Shown here in pieces: positions 33,377-43,959 of a stretch of 64,000 bases of DNA. Within the stretch, counting starts at the first letter, position 1, and each line of letters begins with the position of its first letter. The stretch lies in NCBI GenBank assembly GCA_964019335.1, contig OZ025703.1:248001-312000 (forward strand), in the 5' to 3' direction. The translations under genes were made by a program, and so were the position numbers. The notes under the pieces were generated by a model. The model did not search any database. It was given only the letters and a program-made list of their open reading frames with translations, and was not told the DNA's origin. Source of the DNA: Diplonema japonicum (Eukaryota; Protista; Euglenozoa: Diplonemea).

Positions 33377-34621
33377 ATGAATTCCCCACTCGTGACACAG
33401 ACCCAAAAGCGAAGTAATGAACAGAACGAGATCTTTCTCAATCGGAGGAAAGTCGCCGAATATCGAATATGGGGACAAGGCCTCATGGGTTCCCTCCGCC
33501 TCTGCATCCAAGTAACCGGGACAGTATGGGCAGAAATCTGGCCTCAAGTGGTAGTAATGCTTGTATTAACACTGGGAGCAGCATCAGTGAACCTGGCATA
33601 CTCGTGGGACGTTTCGTTGATAGGCCATCAAATCGTATTGGTACCAATGTCCTTCTTGCTGGTGTTTAGATGTTCTAACTCGTACCAACGGTACTGGGAT
33701 GGCAGAACGCTCTTAGGTCTTTTGGTATTTCACTCTCGAGAACTAGTTTGCAAAGCAGCCTCCTTCGCGCCGGAACGACACGAAAAATTCGTAACTGATA
33801 TCAAACGCTACACCATATGTGCGGTAATGGCCATCAACATGACCGTCTCACAGCATTGGCAGAAAATAGAACAAGACAGAGAAGACCGGAAAACCGGTAA
33901 AAAAGGAACATGGCGGTGGGAAATCGAAAATTTAAAGGACCATCTCACCCAGGAAGAATATGATGATTTAAGAGATATTCCAAAAAGCCACCCGCTGGTC
34001 ATGTTTCTTTGGATTCGCCATGAAATTCAACAAGCTTGCCAATCGAAGGTTCTGACACCGTTTCAAGGTTTTGAAATGTCTGCTAATGTGGGGGAATTGC
34101 AACAGGTTTGGAATGGGATGTCGAAAATAACCTCAACCCCGCTTCCGTACCCGTGGGTTCACCTTTCAAGGCTTATATTGTGGATGTTCTTGTTGACGAT
34201 GATCCCGCCCGCGGTTTCTCAGTTGGGCTTCAATTCTGCTCCGTTTCTGCTTGTTTCATCGTTTCTCTTCTTCGGGCTGGTGCAGATAGGCAACGAGATG
34301 GAGGATCCTTTCGGTTCTGACATTAACGATTTTGATCTTGCTTCTTTTGAAACGTCCGTTATTGATGATGTTGCTATGATAACAACGCACCGAATAAGGC
34401 AGCATACACGTGCTAAGAGCAAGACAGTAGTGCCACGTCAGGACGAGATTATGAAAGAATCTTTTTTGGAGGAGACGCTGCCGAGGGACCCCGTGGTCCC
34501 TTCTTCGCCGCACTCTTTGAGCAATTATACCCTTCGGCCGTGTGGGAGCGATCGGTTCCAGGAAGCGCCTATTGACAGCGCTTACTCCTCTGCTATGTAT
34601 GAGCTGAAGAGCTTTTCGTGA
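33377..34621 (+). CDS. Bestrophin-like (YneE/VCCN-type) channel
   Basis: FLLVFRCSNSYQRYWDGR, TPLPYPW, IGNEMEDPFGSDINDFDL. Confidence 0.9.
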   Translation: MNSPLVTQTQKRSNEQNEIFLNRRKVAEYRIWGQGLMGSLRLCIQVTGTVWAEIWPQVVVMLVLTLGAASVNLAYSWDVSLIGHQIVLVPMSFLLVFRCSNSYQRYWDGRTLLGLLVFHSRELVCKAASFAPERHEKFVTDIKRYTICAVMAINMTVSQHWQKIEQDREDRKTGKKGTWRWEIENLKDHLTQEEYDDLRDIPKSHPLVMFLWIRHEIQQACQSKVLTPFQGFEMSANVGELQQVWNGMSKITSTPLPYPWVHLSRLILWMFLLTMIPPAVSQLGFNSAPFLLVSSFLFFGLVQIGNEMEDPFGSDINDFDLASFETSVIDDVAMITTHRIRQHTRAKSKTVVPRQDEIMKESFLEETLPRDPVVPSSPHSLSNYTLRPCGSDRFQEAPIDSAYSSAMYELKSFS

Positions 34622-34969
34622 GGGGTGTATTTAAAAAAAAAAAAAAAAAAAAAAAAATGTTTCATTTCATTTTTTTTTTTTTTTTTAAAGGATGCTAGAT
34701 GAAGTGCCATTAGGGCTCACGGCATTTTTTTTTTTCTTTTTTTTTTTTTTTTCCTTTGTGTGTATAGAAAAAATATAATTATAACTAAAAAAAACAACGA
34801 ACCACGCCAGGGCTTAGGCTTTGTGCATTCAGAAAAAAGAAAGAAAGTAAAAATAGAACGCTTTCTTTTAATGTTTAAAGAAAATACGGTAAATAATCGA
34901 AAACAAAAAATAAGCAGAAAGAAGAAAGGAAAAAAAGAAAAAAAAAATACCCTCCTCTTTTTTTTCTTT

Positions 34970-35541
34970 TATTTCACTCTTCGTCATTTTCTTCACTCAC
35001 TAGGGGCCTCATTATTTAACGCGAAATGGCCATTATTTAACGCGAAACGGCCATTATTTAACGCGAAATCGCCATTATTTAACTAGTTAAATAATGAGAT
35101 TTTGCAGTTAAATAATGGCCCTTCAGAGTGAAAAAATGGGTCTTGTCGTGGAAAAAAATGCACCCAACCCCTTGAAAAATTTTTTTGGGGTGGGGGTATT
35201 TTGACTATTTTTGGCCATCTGAGGCCATTCCAGCCCTTAAAAGTGGGAATAAGTGCCTTACTTCCCCTTTAAATGCCACGGCGAAATAGCTACCCTGTAT
35301 TACCTTAGGAAAATCCCCAAAAAGCTGACCTGCGTGAAAAAAAACAGCAGTGAAAGCAGTGAAGAGTGAGTGACTCAAATGACGAAGAGTGAAATAAAAC
35401 GACTTACTTGCCGCCAAATGAGCCATTATTTAACACTCGTTACCCGTTTTTTTGCACTCGGGCCCTGCGGGCCCTCGTGCAAAAAATTCGGGAACTCGAG
35501 TTAAATAATGACTCATTATTTGTTGGCAATAAATAGTTATT
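34970..35541 (+). mobile_element. Terminal-palindrome element type B copy 2 (uninterrupted)
   Basis: 5' tatttcactcttcgtcattt with internal partner aaatgacgaagagtgaaata; 3' palindrome centred on gggccctgcgggccc; ends aataaatagttatt. Confidence 0.8.
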
Positions 35542-35856
35542 TTTTTTCCCTCCTCCGTTTTTATTCACATCGTGAAATATTGTTTGTTTATGATGTGAAA
35601 CAGTCGATTACTGTAAATGAATAAATAAAAAAAAAATAAAAAAACCGGGGGTGTTTTTTCTGTGACTTTTTTTTCTTGAAGGCCACTCCGACTTGCAGTA
35701 AAGTTTTTTTTTTTTTTTTTTTCTTGTATTGTTTTCAGTTTTTTTTTTTTTTTTTTTTTTCTTTTTTTTTCCCCTTCTCAAGAGAAGAAAAAAAAAAAAA
35801 AAAACACACGAAAAGGGGGGTTGAAGAGTAGGGGAAAGGGCAGCGAGGGAAAAAAA

Positions 35857-36168
35857 ATGCCACTGCTCAAAATATTCAGCACCAGGGCGCTTCGCCTAGA
35901 CATGCCCAGACTCCACGGAAGGGTGATGGAAATTTTCAAAACCCCCTCAGCCGGTGTCCAGATAGTCTCAGAGCCCAATGTGGCGCTCCACCCCCCTGGT
36001 GTGTTCATCGAAATGCGCGCTAAAGCGAAGGAAGATCGCACCGCAGAGTGGATGGAAAAGGCTCTGGAGGAGCTGACTGGCGCGATCAAGGACGCGGGTG
36101 TGGAGGAAAAGGTCAGAATCCGTTGCGAACTGTTCGAGGAAGCCAAGTTGTTCAAAAACAAGTTTTAG
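35857..36168 (+). CDS. Small protein with N-terminal Pro, putative tautomerase/MIF superfamily
   Basis: 103 aa starting MPLLKIFS; beta-alpha-beta-like pattern repeated twice (inference). Confidence 0.6.
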   Translation: MPLLKIFSTRALRLDMPRLHGRVMEIFKTPSAGVQIVSEPNVALHPPGVFIEMRAKAKEDRTAEWMEKALEELTGAIKDAGVEEKVRIRCELFEEAKLFKNKF

Positions 36169-36182
36169 TGTTTTTTTTTTTT

Positions 36183-36219
36183 AGGCGTCCTGCCACATAC
36201 CGCAGGTACCCTTAAATGT

Positions 36220-36222
<3 letters not shown>
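36183..36222 (+). repeat. 40-bp hairpin motif, subfamily 1
   Basis: Exact copy, 14 nt after the upstream stop codon. Confidence 0.9.
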
Positions 36223-36265
<43 letters not shown>

Positions 36266-36347
36266 TCCTCCCATATTCCGTTCACCCCACCACCACCATC
36301 GCAGGATGGAAAAAAAAAGAAAATGACAAAGTGAACTGCACCCCACT

Positions 36348-39300
36348 ATGCGTCGATCAACAACCCCCAACAGACAGGCACGCAGCGTCTCCGCCACACG
36401 GAGCCTCAGCGCGACAGGGAACACTCCCTCTGTCTCTGTCCCTTTGGGTGAAAGGCAAAGCGGGATAAAGGTTGTGAAGAGCGGGTTCAGTGGGAAGAAG
36501 CTTGAACTCAAACCCGTGAGGCATGAAAAGTTCCCTGCCCCCAGCCCGGGCACGAACCTGGTGGAGAACGAGACTGCCATACCTCGAAGATCTGCATCCT
36601 TCACAGCAATGCCCAAAGGAATGCAGTGCAAGAGTGTGTCGCCTCCAAGGCGACCGAAACCCGTAGCAAAAGCACGTCTGGATGACCGGAGTCGAAGCCC
36701 AACAAGAACCCGTGAGGCACACCCTCGCGAAGTGGCCATCGCAAGCCCCACTGACAGCATCGCTAGTTTCGAGCAAGCGGAGCGGCGGTTCAAAAGCCCT
36801 GTCAGAAAACCTGTTCTCAAAAAGCAACCCCTTGCACCTGCGCCCACACCCGCAAGCACCACATCGGCGAAGTTAAGACGGCAAGCCACCGAGAAGAAGC
36901 TTGGACCCCCAGCGGTGATTAACCCTACTCCTGCTCCTGTTCCTGCTCCCCGGTCGCGTTCCCTTCCAAAAGAGGAAGGCGGTAGAATCGACAAACCGAA
37001 GTACAAAGCAGCACTGCCGCTTGAGGCGACCCCTGGGCGGCGGCAAACCCAAGTCACACCTGCGAGGAAGGTCAGCTTCAGCATCGAATCTGAAGACGCG
37101 GAGCAGCAGGTGCAACATCCTCAAGCAGTGCTTGTCCTCGATGATGACGATGACCTTGAGAAGGACCTGGAAGAGGAAATTCGTCAAGTGGAGTCCAGGT
37201 CGTACTCCCCTCCGAAACGTGCCGGGCCGCAGCATCCGTCCACATCCACCATGGCCCACTTCCTTGACAGGTTCGATGCGGAGGAGCGGGTCAGGATAGA
37301 AGAGATGCTGCAGACCGTACCACAGCCTCCCCCTCCGTACCAGAATCCTCACTACCACCAACATCACCATCAACATCACCATCCTTTTTACATTCCAGGA
37401 GCCTACTCGTCTCATATGCATCGCAGCCATTCTCTTCAGTACGGCGGTGTGGGGGGTGGTGTCTCGCCCCAGGCGTTCCGTGCACCTGCCTCGCCCTCTC
37501 CAATGCCTGTCGTGCCTGCCCCGTCTCCGCAAAGCGTGCACGTGGCGTCAGTTTCTCCCTTGCCAGCACCCGCGCCTCTTCTTCCTTCGCATCCTTTGGT
37601 TGTACCTGCGACTGTGCCTTCTCCGATGCCCGTTCCTGTCACTGCCCCTGCGCAAGCCCCTTCACAAGGAAGGACGGCAAGCTCGGCACTCCCAAGCTAC
37701 AGCACCCGTGCACAGGAGATTCTTGAGCGTGCCCGGAAACGCAAAGAAGAGCGCAGCTCTGCAGCACCGCTACAAACACAGCAAGGTCCCCCTTCGCCCA
37801 CCGCCCTGCCCACCACGCTCATCGCGCAGAACGTTGTCGACAGGTACCCCAAGGTGGCAGCGGCAGTCGGGCTCATCGACGACACATGCAGCGAGACGGA
37901 GACAGAGGTCAGCGAGGTGGGCGAGGTGTCCATGATAGAGGAGTTCAAGAAGAGGTCTGACAAGATACGCGCAGCGCTTAAAAGGAATACGCAAGAAGCG
38001 GAGAACGCCGTGAATGCGGCAGAGGAGCAAGCCGAGAAGGAGGCACAAGACGCGCTGGAGAAGCTGAACGCGTCGAAGGAAGAAAAGTACAAGAACATCG
38101 AAACGACAAGCAGGGATTGGGAGAGGGAGACGGAGAGGACACCCTACCATGCCAACCACACCTCAAGGAACAGGATCGACTACTCCATACCCGTCACGCC
38201 TGAGCGGCCTGGAAAGCGTGCGGCGGCTGCCATGCGGCAAAAGGCGTTGGAACAGCAAAACGACACGAACAAGCCCCTCCCCGCACATCTTGACCCGAGG
38301 GCATGGCGCAAAAACGCAACCTCTACTGGTCCGAAGAAACGCGATCTACCGCAAAACGACACAAAGGTTACGAAGAGGGTCACTTCGCACCGCATCGATG
38401 CGCCGGAGCAGAACATAGAAGAAGTGCCTGTCCCACGGGAAGCGTCTGAAGTGGCAGAATCCCCACCGCCGCCACCAAAGTCCGCATGCAGCCCGCCACG
38501 GCAGAGCGTGTCAAGCAGCATCTCTCCACGAAGGATGTCCCCGCGAAGAAGGAAGCCCCAAGCACCGCAAGTGGACCCTGAGGTGCAACGCGAGAAGCGG
38601 CTTGCAACTTTGATCCAAACCATATGGAGGGGATTCTTCGCGAAGAAGGTCGCCCGGCGTTTGAAAGCCGAGCGGAACAGGAAAAAAGACTGGGTATCCG
38701 CGCTGAGAATACAGAAGACATGGCGTGGATGGGTGGCAAGACAGGACGTGAACAAACAAAAGGAAGAGAAATCCGAGCTGGACGCCGCCGTCCGCCTGCT
38801 GATGTCGTCGATAAGGCAGTCCGCCTCCCTGACCCACTCTGACCTGGAGTACATTAGAACGTTCGTGCAAGCAACACCAGGGCTGCAGACGAAATCAGCA
38901 GAGAGGGAGTACGCAAGCCTCTTCAAGGTCTTGAAGAGCGGTGACCCTGATGACTGCAAAGCTCCTATAAAAGAAGACAGGCATTTCAAACACATACCAA
39001 GAGAAGAAGTACCTGCTGAGGTGGAAGCTGTCCGAGACACACCATTCATACAAGAAAAATACTGGGACAAGGCGATAAGCACTGTGGTGGACGAGGTTGA
39101 CGAAGCCGTCCTCGCAGCATGCGAACTGACGAAAGAATGGGATGAAGGACCTGACCCACAAACGCTCTTGGATGGGTACAAAGAGGAACTGGAGGTGATT
39201 GTTGAACCACCAGTGGGGAGGGAAGGGCCTGTTGAGATGCTAGAAAGCATCAAACAAGAAGGCGCATTGATTATCGATGAGAAGGAGAGAGCAAAGGAAA

Positions 39301-39785
39301 AAAAGGATTACCTGGTTGCGGTTGACCCTGCCGTGGACGATTTTGACTTGACGATGCACGGGATGAACATATCTGGCAAAGAGACCTTTGATCACGATGG
39401 GGTGGAAACGAGATCTGTGTCTAGTTATACAGCTGCTTCCACTGCTGGTCTTCCCTTGGACATGTCGGCTGCTGAGCTTCTTGGGAACATACCATCTTTG
39501 CAGTCTTTTGCCATTGAACAGCCGTTGGCTGGGACGCTCACTTTTCCCCACCGCACGCTTCCCACTGCCTCGCGTTCTTCTTCCCTCCTTGCGGCCGGCC
39601 TTATCCTTCACCTGTCTCATCACTGGCCTGACACCTCTAGGCTGTCTTCGTTCGTTCCCCCTGCTGAGATCGCCGAGGCCAATGCGGAGTCTTTGAGTGA
39701 GGTGTGAGGGGGGGGAAATAAAAATAAAAATTTTCTTTTCCAACAGATCTTGGCGCGCAGCAACGCGGAAGATATTGCCATGTAA
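36348..39785 (+). CDS. Large low-complexity protein with two IQ calmodulin-binding motifs (probable last intron 39702-39746)
   Basis: LIQTIWRGFFAKK and LRIQKTWRGWVARQ; a 45-nt GT-AG intron adds ILARSNAEDIAM*. Confidence 0.78.
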
Positions 39786-40152
39786 AATTAAGAGGGGAGC
39801 GAGGAAGAGGGGAAAAGGGGAAAAAAAAAAGTTTGAAAAACGAGAGGAAATTCAATTATTTCTCGAAGAAAAAAAAGAAAAAAAAAAAAAAAAAACCTTT
39901 TTTTTTTGAATAGTGGGGGGGGATGGGAAAACCCCTTAATAGTTTTTTGATTTCCCTTGCCCCCCTCCCACCGTTCACTTTTTTTTTTTTTGTTTGTTTG
40001 TTTTTGATAGATTTTTTTTTTTTCTCTTCCCTTTTTTCTTTTTGATATATATTTTTTTTTTTTTGTTGTTTTTAGACTGTCCCCCCCTTCCCTTCTTTTT
40101 TTTTCCCCCACCCTTCCGTAGCCTATTAAAACAAGAAAACCGGACCAAGGAG

Positions 40153-40184
<32 letters not shown>

Positions 40185-41012
40185 ATGCTGCGTAGAACCC
40201 TTGCAAGCAACATGAGGGCCGTGGTGGGTGTGAAGCACACGGTAGACTACAACATCAAGGTGAAGGTGAAGGACGGAAAGGTGGCGAAGGACGTGAAGCA
40301 CTCGATGAACCCCTTCTGTGAGATCGCGACAGAGGCGGCCATGAAGCTGAAGGAGGCGGGAGTTGTGACTGAGATCGTTGCTGTGACCATCGGTAACGCA
40401 AAGGCAGCTGAGTCTCTTACAAAGGCCATGGCGATGGGTGCTGACAGAAGCGTTCACGTAGTGGGTGAACAGGCAGAGATCGATGGCCTCGAAACCCTTC
40501 AGGTTGCAAAGGTTTTCGCCAAGCTCCATGAAGAGCTTCAGGGTGACATTTACTTCATGGGCAAGCAGGCCATCGATGACGATCAGTGCCATGTCCCCCA
40601 AATGGTCTCAGCCCTTTTGAACATTCCCCAGGGAACCTTCGCTGCTGGGCTCAAGGTTGCCGATGACAAGTCGTCCATTGAGGTCACACGGGAAGTTGAT
40701 GATGGGAGCCAGACTCTCTCCATGAAGCTCCCTGCCGTGGTTTCGTGCGATCTCCGCCTTAACACACCCAGGTTCGCAACCCTCCCTAATATCATGAAGG
40801 CGAAGAAGAAGCCTATTGACAAGAAAAAGTTGTCTGAGATGGGAATTGACCTCACACCCCGTGTCGAGGTGGTCGAATGCGCGCAGCCTGTTGAGCGCCA
40901 GGGTGGTGGCAAGGTTTGTTGATGGGGACGGGGGAAAAAAAAAAAAAAAAAATAGGTTGCCGACGTCGACGAACTGATCAACAAGCTGAAGAACGAGGCA
41001 AAGGTTCTGTAA
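40185..41012 (+). CDS. ETFB: Electron transfer flavoprotein beta subunit (exons 40185-40913, 40956-41012)
   Basis: SMNPFCEIA, AMGAD, GKQAIDDD, DLRLNTPRFATLPNIMKAKKKP; the 42-nt intron restores the canonical C-terminus KVADVDELINKLKNEAKVL; MLRR presequence. Confidence 0.95.
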
Positions 41013-41814
41013 AATCACAAACAAAAAAAAAATTTTTTTTTGAGGGATAGGGGAAAGAAAAGACATAGTGTTCTGCCCTTTTCTTTTCTTTTTTTTTTTT
41101 TTTTTTTTTTAAATTTTGTTTTCCCGTTTTCCCCCTCTTTTTTTTTTTTTTTTTTTTTCCGCGAGTGTATTATTACTGATTCTTCTTTTTTTTCACCCCC
41201 ATTTTTATTTGTTTGTTTGTTTGTTTGTTTGTTTTTTTTTTTTTTTTTTCCATAAAAATGAAAAGAATTGATACTTCTTCTTTTTTTGTCCCCCCTCTTT
41301 TTTTTTTTTTTTATGGTTTGAATCTGGGGGGGGGTGTCTTATGTAAAGCATAATTCATTGCCGACCCTCAAAATTTTTGTTTTCTTCTCTCCTTTTCTTT
41401 TTCCAACCCAGTTCCAATTCTTTTTTTGTCCCCATGTTATTCCCCTGTACTTGCCTCCAAAACAAGATGGATCCAGGTTCGATTCAGGATGGACGTACTT
41501 CTTTATTCAAGAGTGTGAATTTCCAAAACCTCTGCCCGAACCTAAGTTTTTGGGTGCCAGGCTTGCTTGCTACTTCAAAAAACTTTACAACGGCGATCTT
41601 CTGCAAGCGGCGCAACCTACCCCTGTTTTTTTTTCCAACTTTTTTTCAACGTTATCAGGGTGGTGGTCCTCTTCCTCCACTCTTCTACCGCCTTACAGTA
41701 GCTGCCATCCTACCGAGAGACTTTCGGTCTGCTCTGAGACCGTTTCTGCGAGAATCGCAGACGCCCTTCCCTTCCAACAATATGTCATATTCCTACCCGA
41801 CCTTAAGAATCGTC

Positions 41815-41887
41815 GGGGGTGTAGCTCAAATGGTAGAGCGCTCGCTTAGCATGCGAGAGGTAGAGGGATCGATGCCCTCCATCTCCA
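41815..41887 (+). tRNA. tRNA-Ala (AGC)
   Basis: Full 73-nt cloverleaf, G3:U70 identity pair, anticodon loop TTAGCAT, T-loop ATCGATG, followed by a T-run terminator. Confidence 0.95.
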
Positions 41888-41925
41888 CTTTTTTTATATT
41901 GCTAATTTCATCAGGAGATACTAAC

Positions 41926-42957
41926 ATGAGCATAACAGTGTTTATTCGAGCACCGTCCGAGGTACATGATTTGGAAATAACTGGGAACGAGACGCTGCGG
42001 GTTCTGTACGAGAGGGCAGCGAAGGCGTCCGATGTTGTTGGTAAAACGTTTTTGCTGCGGTACGAGGGGAATGAGCTGGCTGACGATGTAAAAAGGCAGA
42101 TACAGGACACGGACATTGTGGAGGGGTGCGAGATACTGTTGGAGTGCAACAACGAAATGCATGTCCGAATAGAGGACCTTGAGGCACGGCGAGGTTCCAT
42201 AAAGCAACGCGTGCATGACGATCCTGACTTGTTGCTGGTTCTAGACGCATCAGGAGCGAAGCGAGGTGTTCTTGACCTATCATATTTCCACAAGAAACTT
42301 TGTTTTATCCGCCATCTGTGGATCACTGACCCTTTAGGAAGAATAACAACCATTGGGGACAACAGGTATCTAGCTCACTCTGCAGTCTTTGGGCAAGGAC
42401 ATTCCCTTGAAACGTTATCAGTTGATCTTCCATACGTGACCGAAGTAGGTGACAGCTTTTTCACGGGAATGCCTTTTCTCTCATCGGCGAATCTAGCAGG
42501 GTTTTCAAATTTGATTTCTGTAGGGAGCAGTTTTGTATCAGGGTGTCGATCTCTTGTGTCCATTGACCTTCCTCGTACGCTTAAGACAGTCGGGGTTCGG
42601 TTTCTAGGAAACTATCCTTGTTCGACTATCGACCTGTCTCCTCTGGCTAATACCGAGTACATTGGTGACGACTTCCTTTACGGTTCGCACATAACCTCTG
42701 TTGACCTTTCACCATTGGCAAATACAAAGAGAGTGGGGAGGAATTTCCTAGCATGGACACACATTGCATCGCTTGATGCTGAGCCTTTGAAGAGCGTGCT
42801 TGAGATAGGCGATTCATTCTTGTATGGCTGCAGCGCACTGAGGGAGATTGACTTGACACCCCTGAAGGACGTAAAGCTACCGTACTGTGGTTTCCTTGAA
42901 CAAACCGGAATACCCGAAGCAGAGAGACTGATACCTCAAGCGAAAAACACAGCGTAA
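41926..42957 (+). CDS. Ubiquitin-like domain + BspA-type leucine-rich repeat protein
   Basis: N-terminal Ubl pattern (ITVFIR...ETLRVL...LRYEGNEL....I.EG..I.L); repeats IGDSFLYGCSAL.EIDL.PL. Confidence 0.82.
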   Translation: MSITVFIRAPSEVHDLEITGNETLRVLYERAAKASDVVGKTFLLRYEGNELADDVKRQIQDTDIVEGCEILLECNNEMHVRIEDLEARRGSIKQRVHDDPDLLLVLDASGAKRGVLDLSYFHKKLCFIRHLWITDPLGRITTIGDNRYLAHSAVFGQGHSLETLSVDLPYVTEVGDSFFTGMPFLSSANLAGFSNLISVGSSFVSGCRSLVSIDLPRTLKTVGVRFLGNYPCSTIDLSPLANTEYIGDDFLYGSHITSVDLSPLANTKRVGRNFLAWTHIASLDAEPLKSVLEIGDSFLYGCSALREIDLTPLKDVKLPYCGFLEQTGIPEAERLIPQAKNTA

Positions 42958-43106
42958 GAGGAGAAGGGGTGGGAAAAGAGATTAATGAGCCCTTTTTTGA
43001 CAAGGCAGCAGCATCAACCGGAAGGTTTTTAGCTTCACCCCCCCCCCCTTTTTTTTGTTCAAAAATGGAGCTTTCTTTTGTTGTTATTTGTTTCTTTTTT
43101 TTTTTT

Positions 43107-43219
43107 TGTTACAAATATTTATCTTTCAAAAAATGATTTTATAACTATATGCAACTTGTGCCGAGCAAAAAACTTTCGCAGCTTTTTAAAACCCTTTTTT
43201 GCTCGTGAGAACAACAAAA
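43107..43219 (+). repeat. ~115-bp dispersed repeat (copy of 18491-18603)
   Basis: Near-identity by eye. Confidence 0.85.
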
Positions 43220-43959
43220 TAATTATTTTTTAAGTCTTGTTTCTTAACCAGGAGGGGGGGAAACCCCTATTTCCCGAAACAAGAATAAAAACTGCGAGGG
43301 TAGGGTCAATACGATGTGCGGTGTGAACATGCTATTCAGGGATTTCGTAAAGTTATTCAGTGCAGGGTGGTATCAGGGGGGGCTGAAGAAGACCCCAGAT
43401 ATTTCTTATTCTTGCTTTTCTTTTGGAGGAACACCATCCGAATCTAGCCAAAAATAACTTTGCCCCGATGTTGCTCAACACACACCAAGGCCCCCCTTTA
43501 TCTTCTGTGTTTTTTCTTCTTCTTTTATTCTACAACATATCTTCTTACCTTATGCACTTGAGCCGAGAAAACACTTTAGCAGTATTTCTGGTTTTTTTTT
43601 TCCCCCTTATTATTACTATTATAGTTTTTCTTCTTTTTCTTTTTTTTTCTACTCGTGCGAATAACAGAAGACATAAAATTGTAAAAGATTTTTTTTTAAA
43701 GAGATCTACCGGTCGAATAGTGCCTTCCAAAAACTCAACCCTACGATCCGGCCCCACGACGCAAGGCTGCAACAGAAGACTCGTCTTCACCGAACAGACC
43801 ATGCGAAACCTAGGTGGCATGAGAGAGCGAGGCACGACTACACATGCAGGCACTCGCTTTTCTTTTTTCCTTCTCTTTCTTCTTTTTTTTTTCCCTTCTC
43901 CTTTTGTTTATCTCTCCTGAATTATTTCGTCTTTGTTTTGTTCACGCTTCTTCTTTCTA

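Noticed and set aside
41377-41925. N-terminal extension of the LRR ORF through the tRNA
   Set aside because: Non-ATG start and non-protein-like sequence; the Ubl domain begins cleanly at ATG 41926.
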